Part shown: positions 1 through 8,758 of the stretch, piece after piece
How positions within the stretch are numbered: the first letter of the stretch is position 1
Layout of the letters: every line of letters starts with the position of its first letter
Assembly (NCBI GenBank): GCA_041747555.1
Contig: JBGTEY010000013.1
Coordinates: forward strand, 16,814 to 80,813
Direction: 5' to 3'
DNA length: 64,000 nucleotides
Origin: Patescibacteria group bacterium
Lineage (GTDB): Bacteria; Patescibacteriota; Microgenomatia; UBA1400; PJMF01
Made by a program: the position numbers and the translations under genes
The notes under the pieces: generated by a model
The model's input: the letters and a program-made list of their open reading frames with translations, nothing else
Databases searched by the model: none
What the model was told of the DNA's origin: nothing

Positions 1-24
1 TCCTAACCGCTAGACGATGGGGCC
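1..24 (-). tRNA. 5' end of a tRNA, probably tRNA-Glu (truncated by the window edge)
   Basis: The reverse complement reads GGCCCCATCGTCTAGCGGTTAGGA, a typical acceptor 5' strand plus D-arm of bacterial tRNA-Glu. The anticodon lies outside the window. Confidence 0.75.
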
Positions 25-139
25 ATCTAGAATTGACCATTATATCAGTTTCCCTCCCAATTCACTACCAATCCACAATATATGGTACGATAGAGGTACT
101 ATAACGGTAGGAAGAGTACCTCTTCAGATCAAGGACATC

Positions 140-661
140 ATGCCACAGCAAATTCTCGATCGATTGACAGATAAACAAGCGATGGATTTCATTAAATCAA
201 TCGAAAAACCATTCAAAGATTTACCTCACTTACCAGAAGCAATTCCGAGCATTTTGGTAAAAATCTCACCATGGTTGGCGCTTGTTGGCGGTGCGTTTGG
301 GCTGCTTGGTGCGTTGCAATCGATTTCATATGGAATTGGCGGCGGTACCGCGTACCAGCGAATATTTTCTGAGTTTGCTGGGTTACCTGCTTGGTATTTT
401 ATCGTTGTCGGGTTGTTGCAACTTGTATCGTCAGCGCTGCTTTTATTAGCGTTCAAGCACCTCAAGAACAGAACTACGACCGGATGGGTGTACCTATTTT
501 GGAATATGGCCCTTATGGTTGCACAATCACTCATCGGCATACTTGCTGGTTTGGGAGGTGTGGTTGGATTTGTGGTCGTGACCGCAATCAGCTACTATCT
601 CTTGTTTGAAATGAAGCCATTTTATGGAAAAACCTCAAAAGCAACGGAAGCTATGAATTAA
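140..661 (+). CDS. Hypothetical membrane protein (about 4 TM)
   Basis: AAGGA lies upstream of ATG 140; the protein has several hydrophobic segments. Confidence 0.75.
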   Translation: MPQQILDRLTDKQAMDFIKSIEKPFKDLPHLPEAIPSILVKISPWLALVGGAFGLLGALQSISYGIGGGTAYQRIFSEFAGLPAWYFIVVGLLQLVSSALLLLAFKHLKNRTTTGWVYLFWNMALMVAQSLIGILAGLGGVVGFVVVTAISYYLLFEMKPFYGKTSKATEAMN

Positions 662-716
662 CAAACTTGCAAGTTTTTTTGATACGTTCGTTTAGAAATT
701 GTAAATAAGATGGATA

Positions 717-956
717 CTACAGCTCGTTTCGAACGTAATATTTGATTAGCACCTGGACTTGATCGTTCTGTGCTAAGTTTGGTGGTTCTTGCTCTGCTAA
801 AATAAGGAGCTCATGAAATCCATCTTTAGAGAGAATTGATTCATCCCAATTTATGAGCGGTGTATATTGAACACGTGCAGATATGCCGAGTGCATCAGTC
901 CGCGCACTAACTCTTTGACAGTACCTATATCTTGAGCTACTAAGTTCTACTTTTGA
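717..956 (-). pseudogene. Start-less 79-codon open frame: gene remnant or frameshifted C-terminal part of 947..1345
   Basis: The frame is stop-free between TGA (957-959) and TAG (717-719) and translates as ...TPLINWDESILSKDGFHELLILAEQEPPNLAQNDQVQVLIKYYVRNEL. It has no ATG. Confidence 0.4.
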
Positions 957-1345
957 TCAAAATACCAAGCTACTTGTAGATCCCTTTTCACCTCACGGTC
1001 ATTGGCGTTTTCAAATAGTCGTACAGAAAGCTCGATAGTTTCATCAGGAGACTGGAGGTCAATTTGGTGGAGTGTATTGCGGGTGGGCTCGTTGAGTGGA
1101 AACGTAGACTCAGAGACCGTGATTGGTGTGCCAAATGCAGCTTCAAAATCTTGAGCGAATTGCTCCATCGTATCGCGTAACACGGTGACATGCTGATTCT
1201 TAGGTGTCGCCATCAAAATTTGCTGCAAATTAGAATCAACCATGAGTTTTTGCGTAAAGAATTCAGTAAAATTTGATCGTTGTTCTGCGCGCGGATGGGC
1301 AGGATTTGGTCGATCCATGCGTGCGAATGAGTCTGGTTCTACCAT
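947..1345 (-). CDS. Hypothetical protein
   Basis: 132-aa ORF with AAGGA upstream of the start. Confidence 0.65.
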   Translation of the reverse strand: MVEPDSFARMDRPNPAHPRAEQRSNFTEFFTQKLMVDSNLQQILMATPKNQHVTVLRDTMEQFAQDFEAAFGTPITVSESTFPLNEPTRNTLHQIDLQSPDETIELSVRLFENANDREVKRDLQVAWYFDQK

Positions 1346-1471
1346 AGGGGGATCCTTCTTGAGTCACTGGTACAGTTGTATGTACTGTACAACACTCTTT
1401 GAAGAAAAAAAAGATTTGAGTACAATGAGGCCTGCGGCAAGTCTGTGCAATGCCTCACCTTTCAGTCTGAT

Positions 1472-1981
1472 TTATTGCTCAATAACATCTAGAGAGCGCA
1501 CAAATAGAATTGGCATATCGTCATATTTCAAAAATTCATTTTCATCGAGATCTGGACCAAGTGTATCTCGCAATTCCTGCTCTGTCAGCTCGCGCACGGT
1601 GCCCGTGACTTCAACAATTGCACTATCACCAAGTCCGAGTTGAGCATCAGTTGTATCCTGCGGTGGGCTAAATGGCTGTTCAGAAAAGACGATTATCCCC
1701 TTATTTGCAATCGATAAGTCCTGCACTTCAAGGATAAAGGCTTGTTTGGTCACCCAAGCCTCCACTTCACCAACAACGATAACTTCTGTGTCGTCAAATA
1801 CCTGCGGAGCATCAGCAATATCCCCAACTGATACGATGTCTTCTTTGTCAGTTGTTGTAAGCTTTGCTGTATCAGGCTCTTTGGGTGTAAGGGTTGGCAT
1901 ATTGAACGCCGACACAATCACAAAAACGGTAAAGAAAATACCGGCCAGAGCGAGCAGAATTATAAATGTGTTTTTTACCAT
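1472..1981 (-). CDS. Membrane-anchored acidic protein, OB-fold-like
   Basis: N-terminal TM helix; 'V.V.GEV' and 'VEVTGTVR' beta-strand patterns. Confidence 0.7.
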   Translation of the reverse strand: MVKNTFIILLALAGIFFTVFVIVSAFNMPTLTPKEPDTAKLTTTDKEDIVSVGDIADAPQVFDDTEVIVVGEVEAWVTKQAFILEVQDLSIANKGIIVFSEQPFSPPQDTTDAQLGLGDSAIVEVTGTVRELTEQELRDTLGPDLDENEFLKYDDMPILFVRSLDVIEQ

Positions 1982-2104
1982 ACGGTCCAATATACCAATT
2001 GCTATGAAGTAGTGATGATAAGAATATGATAATTCAAGAGACCATACCTTACGTGACAGATTGGTAAGGGTTGTGTAAGAAGAGCGAGGTAGTATGAAAT
2101 CAAA

Positions 2105-2494
2105 TTAGTATTGTTTTTTAAATGCTGCTTCCAACCCAGTTATTGTCTGAACCAATGGCAAAAGCAGATCTTTTTGTGCAGGTGGTGCGACTTTATAAAG
2201 GGTCATAACCTCAATACGAGCTGTTTTAAGGCAATTACCAATATATTTGCCAAGCATCTCTGCGAGTCTTGGCGGGTTATTGGGCTCAGTAATGTCTGCA
2301 TGGAGTTTCGTCACAATCACCATCATCTCAGCCAAACTGTCTTCATCAGTTGGAATAGGTGTTTCTGGGGGTACAAGCTTGACGTAGGCGAGACTCGAGT
2401 GGAGTTCCATCATCAGCATTGATATCGCAATCCAGAACGCTGCTTCGGAATTATCGGGGCGTTGGGTTTTGGCTTCGAGCAATTGATTGATCAT
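2105..2494 (-). CDS. Hypothetical helical protein
   Basis: 129-aa ORF overlapping the upstream ORF by 44 nt. Confidence 0.6.
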   Translation of the reverse strand: MINQLLEAKTQRPDNSEAAFWIAISMLMMELHSSLAYVKLVPPETPIPTDEDSLAEMMVIVTKLHADITEPNNPPRLAEMLGKYIGNCLKTARIEVMTLYKVAPPAQKDLLLPLVQTITGLEAAFKKQY

Positions 2495-2966
2495 GGATTT
2501 CGAAGGATATTTGATAAGTTGGAGTAATTTGATCTTGATTTGGAATTAGAGACACATAGAAATACGCTGCGTACTGCGTGCCATCGGGCGTCGGGTGGGA
2601 ATACAGGTAGGGCGGAATGTCTGCAGTATAGTAACAATTTGTATTAGCGAGCGCGGTACCTGGTTCATTCTGTCTGAACTCGATGTTGAATCGTGAGGCT
2701 GACGGCATTTGAGGAACATACGCTTCTAAAAGCTGATCAATTGCTATTGTTTCTTGGGGTGAAAAAAGAAATTGCTGTTGGATACCGTCTGTGTGGACAA
2801 GCGCGAAGAGATCTGCAAGGAGCTGCTGCAGTGTGTGCTCATGACGCAAGAGATGTTCTGGGTGGGCAGCGGGAGGGGCTTTACGGGAAGGATCTGACTC
2901 TGGGGGCTCAGTAGGTTTGAGTCTTAATCGTGATTTCTTGGTGGCTATTTCAAGAGTTTGTATCAT
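2451..2966 (-). CDS. Hypothetical protein (local paralog family)
   Basis: C-terminal motif DGTQYAAYFYV...YQISFEIH is shared with neighbouring ORFs. Confidence 0.7.
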   Translation of the reverse strand: MIQTLEIATKKSRLRLKPTEPPESDPSRKAPPAAHPEHLLRHEHTLQQLLADLFALVHTDGIQQQFLFSPQETIAIDQLLEAYVPQMPSASRFNIEFRQNEPGTALANTNCYYTADIPPYLYSHPTPDGTQYAAYFYVSLIPNQDQITPTYQISFEIHDQSIARSQNPTPR

Positions 2967-3028
2967 TGACAGTTTTTTGGTGCTGTATTATGAGTGTATC
3001 ATAGGTATTTTGTTATGGGTTGACTGGA

Positions 3029-3622
3029 TTATTTGCTTGGTGGTGCGGGATTTGTTCTCTTGAATCGTTCTCTCATTGTTGGCAAATGTTCGTGGATTTC
3101 AAAGGCGATAGTGTACTTACCTTTGTACTCTGGATCTGTAGTGTCTTTATTCTTAATGTTGCCCGGGGTGTGGATGATGTAAAAACGTGCTTCCCACTGA
3201 TATCCGTTATGATCTCTTGATGTGAGAATCGGGCTGGTGTCAGTAACGAGCACGCCTTCATTCTTCAATGAATTCACTGACCAACTAAACTGAAAATTAA
3301 CAAATTTTTTGTCTTCTCTCAGCTTTGCAACCATAGGCTCAAAGAGATTGTAGACAGGATCGATGTAGTCGGGAGAAAACCAGAGTTTGTGGCTAAATTT
3401 CTCATCGGTACAGAATGCGTCAATAGTGTCGACGAGGTAGTGGACGAATAGTTTGTTGAGTGTAAAGCGTTCTTGAGGACCAGATTCATTTGCAAAGTTA
3501 TCACTTAAAATTTTGAGTAGTGCATCAGGAGAGACGCCCATGGCTGCAGTGGCACGGATGGCTTCTACTTCAGGGTCGAGAATCGGTGTGGGGGTTGCTA
3601 TTGCTTCGTGTGTTTTTGCCAT
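3029..3622 (-). CDS. Hypothetical protein (local paralog family)
   Basis: C-terminal motif NGYQWEARFYI...YTIAFEIH. Confidence 0.75.
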   Translation of the reverse strand: MAKTHEAIATPTPILDPEVEAIRATAAMGVSPDALLKILSDNFANESGPQERFTLNKLFVHYLVDTIDAFCTDEKFSHKLWFSPDYIDPVYNLFEPMVAKLREDKKFVNFQFSWSVNSLKNEGVLVTDTSPILTSRDHNGYQWEARFYIIHTPGNIKNKDTTDPEYKGKYTIAFEIHEHLPTMRERFKRTNPAPPSK

Positions 3623-3741
3623 AGCTTAGATGCTATTTATTGTCTATAGTAATTATTATAGCATATTTATGATGATTGGAAGATTTTTGAACTAATTTGA
3701 CTTGTGTTGGTGTAATTTTATTCGTCAAAAACCGAAGCGAT

Positions 3742-4278
3742 TTACATCACTTCAAAATCGTGATCAAATTCATCGTTGGCATTGGGTTGAACAGTAGCAT
3801 CATCATCTGGTTCAACTTCTACAATAAAATAGGTAATTTCGTACTGAGCTTTTTGTGTAGCAGTGCCACGTTTAAAGACAATGAAAAATTGAGCTCGATA
3901 CTGAAAACCGTCTTTTGGCTTAGATCTAATGCTTATGCGAGTTTCGTTATTGAGAATAGTAAGTGGTGCCGTTTCTAGCTGAAATGCGTTCACTTTTTTG
4001 ACAACTCTTATTTCAAGGTTTTCTTCATCAACGCTGAGACCATGTGCGAGATTAGCCAGAATATTTCCTATTCGATTATCTAAGGTGTTAAATGAGATGA
4101 GATTATCGAAGGGAGTAAGTATTCTAGTTATTGAGTCCTGAATTTGTTCAGCTACCAGATAGTTGGGTGTAGCTCGTTTTTCGAGTTTGACGAGCTCTTT
4201 TAGGGCCGTTATTGCTATTGCTTCAAGTTCGGGAAATCTGGATGTGTCTAGGCCTTCGTGCTGTATTTCTTTGTTCAT
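3742..4278 (-). CDS. Hypothetical protein (local paralog family)
   Basis: C-terminal motif DGFQYRAQFFI...YEITYFIV; CATACT lies 7 nt before the ATG. Confidence 0.7.
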   Translation of the reverse strand: MNKEIQHEGLDTSRFPELEAIAITALKELVKLEKRATPNYLVAEQIQDSITRILTPFDNLISFNTLDNRIGNILANLAHGLSVDEENLEIRVVKKVNAFQLETAPLTILNNETRISIRSKPKDGFQYRAQFFIVFKRGTATQKAQYEITYFIVEVEPDDDATVQPNANDEFDHDFEVM

Positions 4279-4346
4279 ATAATTAAGTATGGCTTATAGT
4301 AATATAGTATATCATTAATTTGAATGAAGTGAGATTCAAGAGAAGA

Positions 4347-5927
4347 CTACTCAATTATAATGTCAGGTTGCGTCTTAATCTTATACACCTGCACGCTCTC
4401 ACCCTCCCAAACGACCTCGTGGTCCCAGTTCCAGTATTGTTTGCCTTTCATTTCTCGGGCAAGCCAGTCTGAACCGCGGTTCATGTCGATGATGATCCAG
4501 TCTGCGTAGCGAGCGGGGCGGTCCAATGCTTCATCCCAGTATTTGCCGGCGCCTTCGTGGATGTAGGTGCGGTAGGGGAAACCCATGAGGAACATTTGGT
4601 CTTCGAAGCCGGAGGCGGAGATGAGGATTTTGCCGCCGTTGTAGTTTTGTTGCATGAAGTGGACTAAATCACTATCTGGTTTTGGATAAATTTGTCTAGG
4701 TATTTCATACATTGGAGAGAATTGAGGATTGAAGTGGTTTAACAATTGCACCGAGAACAGCATAAAGAAAAGAATGTTGAGGTATTTTATTTTGAAAACA
4801 TACACAGTAAGGAGAGCCACCCAGGGTAAAAGTAAGATTCCATAGCGAATATTAAAGCCAGTGCTCAAACTTGTATCCACAGAAAGGATATTGATAAAAG
4901 TTAAAAAAGGTTGAACAATCGGTGTATTTCTCTGCAAAGTCAGAACCATGACTAAGAAAATAGAGAGTGGTAAGCCGAGTACCAGAAATGTCAAGCTTTT
5001 CTTGCGAATTGACTCGATGCCTGCAAGAACGAAGCCAATGAGTGCTGTGCCCACGGGGATGATTCCGGACATCCAGGAGATGGAGGTGAAGTATTGCCAG
5101 ACTGCGGCGAGGAAGGGTTTGGCTTGGGAGTATCCTTGCACAACTCCATCACTAGTGACTTTTTCTGTAGCGTAATAGTTTATCCAAAAAAGAGGATCAT
5201 TAAATATTGCCGTCAAATAAAGTGTCCACAATGCAAATCCTAAACCTGCTACAAAAATGTAAAGTATTATATCTCCTTCAATTTTTCTCCAGTTTATCTT
5301 GTAGTGTTGAAAAGTTGATACTATAAGTACCAATAGAATAGACCCTAATAGATATGCTAAAGCTTCATAACGGATTAGGGTCAAAGAGGAGACTGCAAAT
5401 GCAGCATAAACTAAGTATCTACGCATTTTTGTGATTGTCCACTTGAGAAATCCATATGTACTCACAGAAAGAAGTGCAACAAAAATGGCTTCTGACATCG
5501 CTGTAGTTTGAAGGTAGAGCATGTTAATATTTAAAGCATAAACAGTGACAGATAGCAGTGATGCTACCTTATTTTTAGATAATAAAAATGCTGATTTGTA
5601 GAGAAAAAATCCTCCGACAATATATGACAACATAGACATTATTGCGCCAGCCATACCAGTTCTCCACATCCAGTCATTCCATATAAAAGGCAACATCAGT
5701 AGTTGAGGAAGTGGAAGCCAGACCGATCCTAGTTGGGCCATACCTGGGTTGAGGTTATCAATAAGTTTTCGTGATAAGTTGAGACGTGCTACTGCGTCAG
5801 CGTATGGGATATTCAGTCCAGTTTGAAAAAAGTGGTATGTCGCTATCAATGAACATGAAAATAATAATCCAAGAAGAACTATTTCGACAGTTATTACTTG
5901 ATTAAATTTATGAATCTGTCTTTTCAC
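4347..5927 (-). CDS. GT-C fold membrane glycosyltransferase (PMT/GT39-like)
   Basis: Polytopic membrane protein with YADA, VWLPLPQLL, TAMSE and LIRYE motifs. Confidence 0.8.
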   Translation of the reverse strand: MKRQIHKFNQVITVEIVLLGLLFSCSLIATYHFFQTGLNIPYADAVARLNLSRKLIDNLNPGMAQLGSVWLPLPQLLMLPFIWNDWMWRTGMAGAIMSMLSYIVGGFFLYKSAFLLSKNKVASLLSVTVYALNINMLYLQTTAMSEAIFVALLSVSTYGFLKWTITKMRRYLVYAAFAVSSLTLIRYEALAYLLGSILLVLIVSTFQHYKINWRKIEGDIILYIFVAGLGFALWTLYLTAIFNDPLFWINYYATEKVTSDGVVQGYSQAKPFLAAVWQYFTSISWMSGIIPVGTALIGFVLAGIESIRKKSLTFLVLGLPLSIFLVMVLTLQRNTPIVQPFLTFINILSVDTSLSTGFNIRYGILLLPWVALLTVYVFKIKYLNILFFMLFSVQLLNHFNPQFSPMYEIPRQIYPKPDSDLVHFMQQNYNGGKILISASGFEDQMFLMGFPYRTYIHEGAGKYWDEALDRPARYADWIIIDMNRGSDWLAREMKGKQYWNWDHEVVWEGESVQVYKIKTQPDIIIE

Positions 5928-6042
5928 GATATGAATTATTTTTCACTACTATTAAGTCTATATGCGTTCATTGTGACACACCCCGAGGACATTTGAAACA
6001 CTATCAAACAAAAATCTAACTCCTAGAATGATATTGTGAAAA

Positions 6043-7008
6043 CTAGTATGTTTTGTTTCCTAACATTTTTGCGTAATGGCTTTTCTGACTCCATGCTTCA
6101 AAAAACTCTCTATTTTTACCATAATTATTATCAACTACAACATTTTTTTTGTGCAAAATTTCAGCTAAAATGTGTCCATGCAGCCGAGTTGTGAAGGTCG
6201 TATCGTACTTGCACAAAAAATTTACTGCTTCGTCAATTAAGGCTTGCCTATTATGCAATTTGACTAATCCGAACACATCATGCTTCTCTTTCCAATGTAA
6301 ACCAAAAAGTTTCAATACATGTAGTATCGCTATGTTGATAATTAACGCCACATTATGAGCAACTGAGGTTTTCCAATGATTTTCAAAACTAGGCCAATCT
6401 GAAACGTCTACGTGTCTTAATAGCTCCTGCAAGTGAATGTTATCTATGGAGCTCTCTTTGTCAGCTCGCTGGAGCAGAAGAACTTTCTTGGTAGGGGGAT
6501 TGTTGCAGCGTAATTTTCGAATTCCAAACGCAGCATCAGGTAAGCATAAAATTTTATTTTTACTAAAATGTTTCATAAAAATATCTAAGGACCTAAAATC
6601 ACGCGCACATAAGGTAAGGTTGTCATGCTTGGCATAAATGTTCGCACTTATTTCCAGTTGCCTTGCATCTTGGAAATGCACTGTCTGCGGTAACATCACA
6701 ATTTTATTATTTCTAAATTCCTCAGCAATCATTCTTCTAAACTCCTCGTGTTTAGGATATAGATCACCCATGTTCCCCCCCCCATGCATGAGGATGCAAT
6801 CATCTGCTTTTATTTTATTAGCGTTGAAAAAATACCGTGAAGATTCGTATCTAGGATATTTGTTTAGCGCCGCTAATAATTCTAGTTCACCTTGATAAAT
6901 GAGCTGGTCTCCAGAATTTGCGTGATTAGGTAGGTCGAGTAGAACAACTTCTCTATTGCCAATTTCTGTGTGGAGCGAATCTAGTAATAATTGTCGATAT
7001 TTATGCAT
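6043..7008 (-). CDS. Polysaccharide pyruvyltransferase (EpsI/EpsO-like)
   Basis: NSGD, HGGGNMGDLY, PQT, RD, PD, RLHGHI and DNNYGK motifs. Confidence 0.9.
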   Translation of the reverse strand: MHKYRQLLLDSLHTEIGNREVVLLDLPNHANSGDQLIYQGELELLAALNKYPRYESSRYFFNANKIKADDCILMHGGGNMGDLYPKHEEFRRMIAEEFRNNKIVMLPQTVHFQDARQLEISANIYAKHDNLTLCARDFRSLDIFMKHFSKNKILCLPDAAFGIRKLRCNNPPTKKVLLLQRADKESSIDNIHLQELLRHVDVSDWPSFENHWKTSVAHNVALIINIAILHVLKLFGLHWKEKHDVFGLVKLHNRQALIDEAVNFLCKYDTTFTTRLHGHILAEILHKKNVVVDNNYGKNREFFEAWSQKSHYAKMLGNKTY

Positions 7009-7023
7009 TATTTAATATGTATT

Positions 7024-7845
7024 CTATTTATACCCGCGAATAACTCTTCGATAAAAATTTGATAATTTAGTAGAGACTGTTTTTGGAATAAGTAGTCTTA
7101 GATTCCAGAGGAAAATTCCAATCCACGCTTTTGGGTATTCTGATTTATACTTCAGCACAATTGTTATACTATTTTGAATCTGCTGTTTTTTATTTTTTTG
7201 ACTAATACCTTCATTGGAGTATCTATACTGGACCATGGAAAGTGGAATGTTTGCAATTTTTCCGATTTTCCCCATCCTCAACCAAAGATCGTAGTCTTCA
7301 GCAAATTTTAAATCTTCAGAGTAGGCGCCCAATTCCATTGCAGCTTTCTTACGAAAAAGCACTGAGCTATGAACAAAGCAATTTTCAATGAGAATATATT
7401 TACGGATCTCATCATCATCAGTAGGGTATGTAAGATTATCAATTATTTTTCCAGATTCATCAATTCTTTGTGCAAACGTACCTACAAGTATATGATTCTT
7501 ATTCTTTATTAAAAACTGTACTTGTTTTGATAATTTGTTTTTATCATTCCAGATGTCGTCACCATCTATTCTTGCGATCAAACTACCATTTGCAGATTTT
7601 AATCCAATGTTAAGGGATTTAACGATACCTTGGTTTTCTTTATTCAATATGTATTTAACTTTTGAATTATTTTCTATAGTTTTATTAATAAGCTCATTCG
7701 AGTTATCAGTGGATGCATCATCAATGATTATCAATTCCCAATTTTCATACGATTGCGACAGTACACTTTCGAGTGATTTAACAATATGTGAAGCATCGTT
7801 ATAAGTAGGTAGGAGTATTGAGACTAGAGGTTTTTGCGAGTTCAT
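7024..7845 (-). CDS. GT2 glycosyltransferase
   Basis: VSILLPTYN, IIDDASTD, IDGDD and EDYDLWLR motifs. Confidence 0.92.
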   Translation of the reverse strand: MNSQKPLVSILLPTYNDASHIVKSLESVLSQSYENWELIIIDDASTDNSNELINKTIENNSKVKYILNKENQGIVKSLNIGLKSANGSLIARIDGDDIWNDKNKLSKQVQFLIKNKNHILVGTFAQRIDESGKIIDNLTYPTDDDEIRKYILIENCFVHSSVLFRKKAAMELGAYSEDLKFAEDYDLWLRMGKIGKIANIPLSMVQYRYSNEGISQKNKKQQIQNSITIVLKYKSEYPKAWIGIFLWNLRLLIPKTVSTKLSNFYRRVIRGYK

Positions 7846-7858
7846 GGCTAGAGTTTTT

Positions 7859-8743
7859 CTAAAATTTCTTTGTTGATTTAGCAATATCCCAAATATACGG
7901 ATTCACTTTTTTCACACGAATATCAAAGCGACCAATGAGATTTACCAGTATTTCCACAGAAATTGCACCAAATAACCAAATAAGTTCCTTAAAGCCTCCT
8001 ATTTGGAAATCAAAAAGTAGCAATCGAACCGTTGATTTGGTCATATTGTCAATTTTAATCTCCTCCTCTTGATGCAACCTACAATGCCCATTAAAAATCC
8101 TCCGCCGCTGCATAACAATATCACCCAAAGACTCCGCCCCTTTATTCCACACCTTCGCCTCATCAACATGCACAATTTTGTATCCCAACTGCACCATCTT
8201 CGCCTGGATAAACGCCTCATCCACCGCCGTGGTCACCGAAATCTCTGGCAACACATTCCGATAGGCAATAATCTCCCCAAATCGGGGAATATTCCGATGA
8301 AACCACCACCACGTGTGCACCACATACCCCAGGAACGTATTCTTATCGTTCACTGGATGCGGCGCACCACCGGTCATACCGATTTTTTTATCTTTTAGGA
8401 ATGGCAAACACAATAATTCAATGGTATCAGGCTCACAAATCGTGTCTGTACTCTGAATCACAACCACTTCATGATCAACCACCTTGAGAAATGAATTGAT
8501 CGCAGAGGCTTTGCCTAACCGTTCCTTTTGCTTGATAAGCGAAATTCTAGAATCCTTGGCAATAAATGACTTAACAATCTCATTGGTCCCATCAGTCGAG
8601 GCAGAGGAGACCACGATAATCTTATCAATCACAATCCTATCAGTCTTCTGGGCCAGGAGACTCTCAAGCAACTTCCCAATATTCGCCTCCTCATTATAGG
8701 CAGGCAAACACAGAGCGACTGAAAGTTTTTGTGTGTTCGGCAT
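7859..8743 (-). CDS. GT2 glycosyltransferase (QRRR type)
   Basis: LPAYNEE, STDGT, GKASAIN and QRRR motifs. Confidence 0.88.
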   Translation of the reverse strand: MPNTQKLSVALCLPAYNEEANIGKLLESLLAQKTDRIVIDKIIVVSSASTDGTNEIVKSFIAKDSRISLIKQKERLGKASAINSFLKVVDHEVVVIQSTDTICEPDTIELLCLPFLKDKKIGMTGGAPHPVNDKNTFLGYVVHTWWWFHRNIPRFGEIIAYRNVLPEISVTTAVDEAFIQAKMVQLGYKIVHVDEAKVWNKGAESLGDIVMQRRRIFNGHCRLHQEEEIKIDNMTKSTVRLLLFDFQIGGFKELIWLFGAISVEILVNLIGRFDIRVKKVNPYIWDIAKSTKKF

Positions 8744-8758
8744 GAAAAATCCCACTCT

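Noticed and set aside
710-805. Short + strand ORF with an in-frame TGA, suggesting genetic code 25 or 4
   Set aside because: Well-conserved genes here end in TGA (for example secD and ugd) and none has an internal TGA, so code 11 applies.
683-910. Series of hairpins (TACGTTCG/CGAACGTA, TTAGCAC/GTGCTAA, GCTCAT/ATGAGC) suggesting an ncRNA
   Set aside because: No tmRNA, RNase P, SRP or 6S signature was found, the stems are short, and an open frame on the minus strand explains the region at least as well.
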